In this document: piece by piece, positions 61,787 to 64,000 of the stretch | Layout of the letters: every line of letters starts with the position of its first letter | Numbering within the stretch: position 1 is the first letter of the stretch | Assembly: GCA_003194495.1 (NCBI GenBank) | Contig: PQXE01000004.1 | Span: 2,994-66,993 of the forward strand | Source: Deltaproteobacteria bacterium | GTDB lineage: Bacteria > Desulfobacterota > Dissulfuribacteria > Dissulfuribacterales > UBA3076 | Length of the DNA stretch: 64,000 nt | Direction: 5' to 3' | Position numbers and translations under genes: made by a program | Notes under the pieces: generated by a model | What the model was told of the DNA's origin: nothing | The model's database searches: none | Seen by the model: the letters and a program-made list of their open reading frames with translations, nothing else

Positions 61787-61996
61787 GGCATCCTTCATAA
61801 CAAGCCAAAAGTAGTTTACACTTTTAGGGATAATATACTTCAAAAAATATGACTTGTGCGATTAGCTATTAGCCGTTAGGTTTTAGCTTAACAGTCCGTT
61901 TTTATACAATGTTTTTACCTAATAGCTAAAGGCTAACAGCTAATGGCTGGCATCCGTCTATGTTGAAAAAGTGTAAACTACAGAATGAAGGATGCC
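61787..61996. repeat. Nested-palindrome element, copy 2 (reverse complement of copy 1)
   Basis: ggcatccttcataacaagccaaaagtagtttacac ... aaaaagtgtaaactacagaatgaaggatgcc. It ends 6 nt before the 62003 ATG. Confidence 0.85.
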
Positions 61997-62002
61997 CAAT
62001 AA

Positions 62003-63364
62003 ATGAATGAAACTATAATACGGTTATTGGCCTCCAAGAATTTGGGTATGATTTTCTTTGACGCCCGTTTCACGATTGTCGAAACGGATGATATTGGAAA
62101 AAGGATATTAAAAGCAACAGCACCATCATTTCCCGGAAGGGATCTATTTGAAATCTTTCCGGAATTTATCGGCAATGAACAATTAATACAAGAGGTTGTG
62201 GATAGAAAAGCCGCGGATTTCCGTTTGGATTATGTGAACCGATCCGGCCCAGATGGGCAAATTCATTTTTTGCACCTGCTTGTGCTGCCGGACGAGAAGC
62301 CCGGTTACGGGCTTTTGGTCCTTGAGGATGTGACAGACCGCGCCAGGATGTTGCAGGAATTGAATCAGCAGAAATACGAGCTCTTATTGTATAAGGGCGG
62401 TGCTGGATTCCGGAAGCCGTTCTTGAGCGAAGTTTTTTTGGGAAAATCAACTGCCATCAGTCAAGTGCGAGATACAATTGGAAAATTAAGCAAGGTACCC
62501 AACGCGACGGTTTTGCTGTTAGGTAAAAGCGGTACGGGGAAAAACCTGGTAGCTCGTATTATTCATTATAGTTCCTTATCATCTGATGCCCCTTTTGTGG
62601 ATATCAATTGCGCCGCTCTTCCGGAAAACCTGGTTGAATCAGAACTTTTCGGGTACGAAAAGGGCGCCTTTACCCATGCCACTGTTTCTCGTCCAGGATT
62701 GCTGCAAGCGGCCGAAGGCGGCACCATCTTCTTGGATGAAATTGGAGAATTGCCTATTAACCTGCAGGCAAAACTGCTTTCGTTTCTGGAGACCAAGAAT
62801 TTCCGCCGCCTGGGCAGTAACAAACGCATTGAGGTCAAGGCTCGAATTATTGCGGCCACCAATCGAAACCTGGAAAAGGAGGTTGCCAAGAAAAAATTTC
62901 GCCAGGATCTGTATTACCGTTTGAATGTGGTTTCCCTCACCCTGCCGCCGTTACGTGACCTTGGCGAAGATATTCTGAGTATCGCCGATCACTTTTTAGG
63001 AATCTATAATATTGAATTCAAAAAGCAGATAAAGGGATTTACCGGAGGTGCCCGGCAGGCATTGCTCGGTTATTCCTGGCCTGGGAACGTACGGGAATTG
63101 AGCAACTGCATAGAGCGGGCGATGATCTTTATTGAAAAAGAGTGGATTGACGAGGCGGATTTAGTTATCGGACATCTGGGACACACCCAGAATGCCCAGG
63201 AATGGTCTGTTCCTCACACCGGTATTTCCCTGGAAGAGGTCGAGCGCCAGCTCATTATTTCTGCCTTAAAACAGTCCGGCGGCAACAAGAGCAAGGCTGC
63301 CCGCTTGTTGACGCTTACTCGTGATACCTTGCGTTATCGTTTGGAAAAATATCAATTGGTCTGA
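62003..63364 (+). CDS. Sigma54-dependent transcriptional activator (PAS-like sensor, AAA+ domain, Fis-type HTH)
   Basis: GKSGTGKNLVARIIH (Walker A), ESELFGYEKGAFTHA (a variant of the GAFTGA loop), FLDEIGEL, and the C-terminal GGNKSKAARLLTLTRDTLRYRLEKY. Confidence 0.85.
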   Translation: MNETIIRLLASKNLGMIFFDARFTIVETDDIGKRILKATAPSFPGRDLFEIFPEFIGNEQLIQEVVDRKAADFRLDYVNRSGPDGQIHFLHLLVLPDEKPGYGLLVLEDVTDRARMLQELNQQKYELLLYKGGAGFRKPFLSEVFLGKSTAISQVRDTIGKLSKVPNATVLLLGKSGTGKNLVARIIHYSSLSSDAPFVDINCAALPENLVESELFGYEKGAFTHATVSRPGLLQAAEGGTIFLDEIGELPINLQAKLLSFLETKNFRRLGSNKRIEVKARIIAATNRNLEKEVAKKKFRQDLYYRLNVVSLTLPPLRDLGEDILSIADHFLGIYNIEFKKQIKGFTGGARQALLGYSWPGNVRELSNCIERAMIFIEKEWIDEADLVIGHLGHTQNAQEWSVPHTGISLEEVERQLIISALKQSGGNKSKAARLLTLTRDTLRYRLEKYQLV

Positions 63365-63427
63365 ACTATCCGGGGCTACGGCCTGCCCGCCTGCTCAGTG
63401 TCTGCGGCGGTCTCAAGGATAAAAACA

Positions 63428-63488
63428 AGACCTCCCGCTTTGCAGGGATAAATAATACCCTGCAACAATGGGAGGTCTGTCATTTTGC
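63428..63488 (+). terminator. Nested-stem terminator after the sigma54 activator gene
   Basis: agacctccc...ttgcaggg-ataaataata-ccctgcaa...gggaggtct followed by gtcATTTTgctt. Confidence 0.5.
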
Positions 63489-63570
63489 TTATTCCGCACA
63501 GTGGCGGCCAGGATGGTTTCAGTCAGAATCGACTCCCTGGTCACCACCGTGGGAACAGGTTAGGGATAGG

Positions 63571-64000
63571 CTACTTAGACAACCGGCTCAGGAACCAACC
63601 ATCTGCTTTGCCTTTTCCTTTGATCCGGCCGAAGATCTTGGCCTTGGCAGTCACCCGGACCGTTGCGCCATCGGAGATCACCTCGGCCAAATCGCAGCCT
63701 GAAAAGTCAACCGACTGCTGATCTGCGACCAGGAAGTTGGCTGATGGGTTGAAGCTGCAGCTATCCTCGTTGACGGCCACGTATGTCCACCCATCACCCG
63801 GCAGACGGTACTGGACCTCAATCTGCATGTCTACGATCTGCACATCGTACCCGTCGCTCTGGTTGGTAATAAGGAAATAACCGCTCAGGCTCGTCCCGTC
63901 CAGGGTGAAATCCTGGAGGTCGAGCGAGATGCTGCGGTTGTTCTTCGCCTCCACTGTGATGGTCACAGTAGCGGTATCCTCACCACCGTTGCCATCAGAT
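63571..64000 (-). CDS. C-terminal end of a larger secreted or adhesin-like protein (5' part outside the window)
   Basis: The frame stays open upstream of the track start to the window edge (...SDGNGGEDTATVTITVEAKNN), typical of cadherin/Big-like repeat boundaries. Confidence 0.5.
   Translation of the reverse strand, partial: SDGNGGEDTATVTITVEAKNNRSISLDLQDFTLDGTSLSGYFLITNQSDGYDVQIVDMQIEVQYRLPGDGWTYVAVNEDSCSFNPSANFLVADQQSVDFSGCDLAEVISDGATVRVTAKAKIFGRIKGKGKADGWFLSRLSK

Overview
This window looks like a chromosomal segment of a sulfate-reducing Desulfobacterota-type bacterium. This is inferred from the complete dissimilatory sulfite reductase gene set: dsrABD on the + strand at 28.3-31.1 kb, and a dsrT-like gene plus dsrMKJOP on the - strand at 36.6-42.3 kb. 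The rest is mostly housekeeping: hemC, a cobA/hemD fusion, a UvrD-like helicase, glnD, ribF, an IHF/HU-like gene, aroD, a stand-alone IMP cyclohydrolase, two CbiA-type amidases, a secDF fusion, murA, moaA, tRNA-Leu(CAG) and tRNA-Pro(CGG). Four features stand out. (1) The left edge carries a 1150-aa SNF2 helicase fused to a PD-(D/E)xK (DUF3883-like) nuclease, followed by an AAA ATPase that runs off the window. This is a candidate defence module. (2) At 58.8-61.8 kb there is an operon of a coiled-coil protein, a membrane protein (cytoplasmic Roadblock-like region, one TM helix, periplasmic OmpA domain) and a Ras-like small GTPase, next to a sigma54 activator. (3) There is an orphan YcaO, a secreted protein with a C-terminal retropepsin domain paired with a lipoprotein, a PAS protein with a Cys4 tail, and a TumE-like (DUF6516) two-gene cassette. 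(4) Nearly every intergenic region carries structured repeats. Hairpins have arms built from tandem heptamers. There is a nested-palindrome family with conserved GGCATCCTTCA/GTTTACAC ends and variable cores (5 copies), and a 109-nt long-hairpin unit (5 units at 3 loci) whose G:U wobbles favour one strand. One element carries a 119-bp nested insertion with a 4-bp target-site duplication, judged against an uninterrupted paralogous copy. Several of these repeats supply the first or last codons of real genes. No CRISPR array, integrase, transposase or rRNA was seen. All protein family calls rest on motif recognition by eye. No database search was run.
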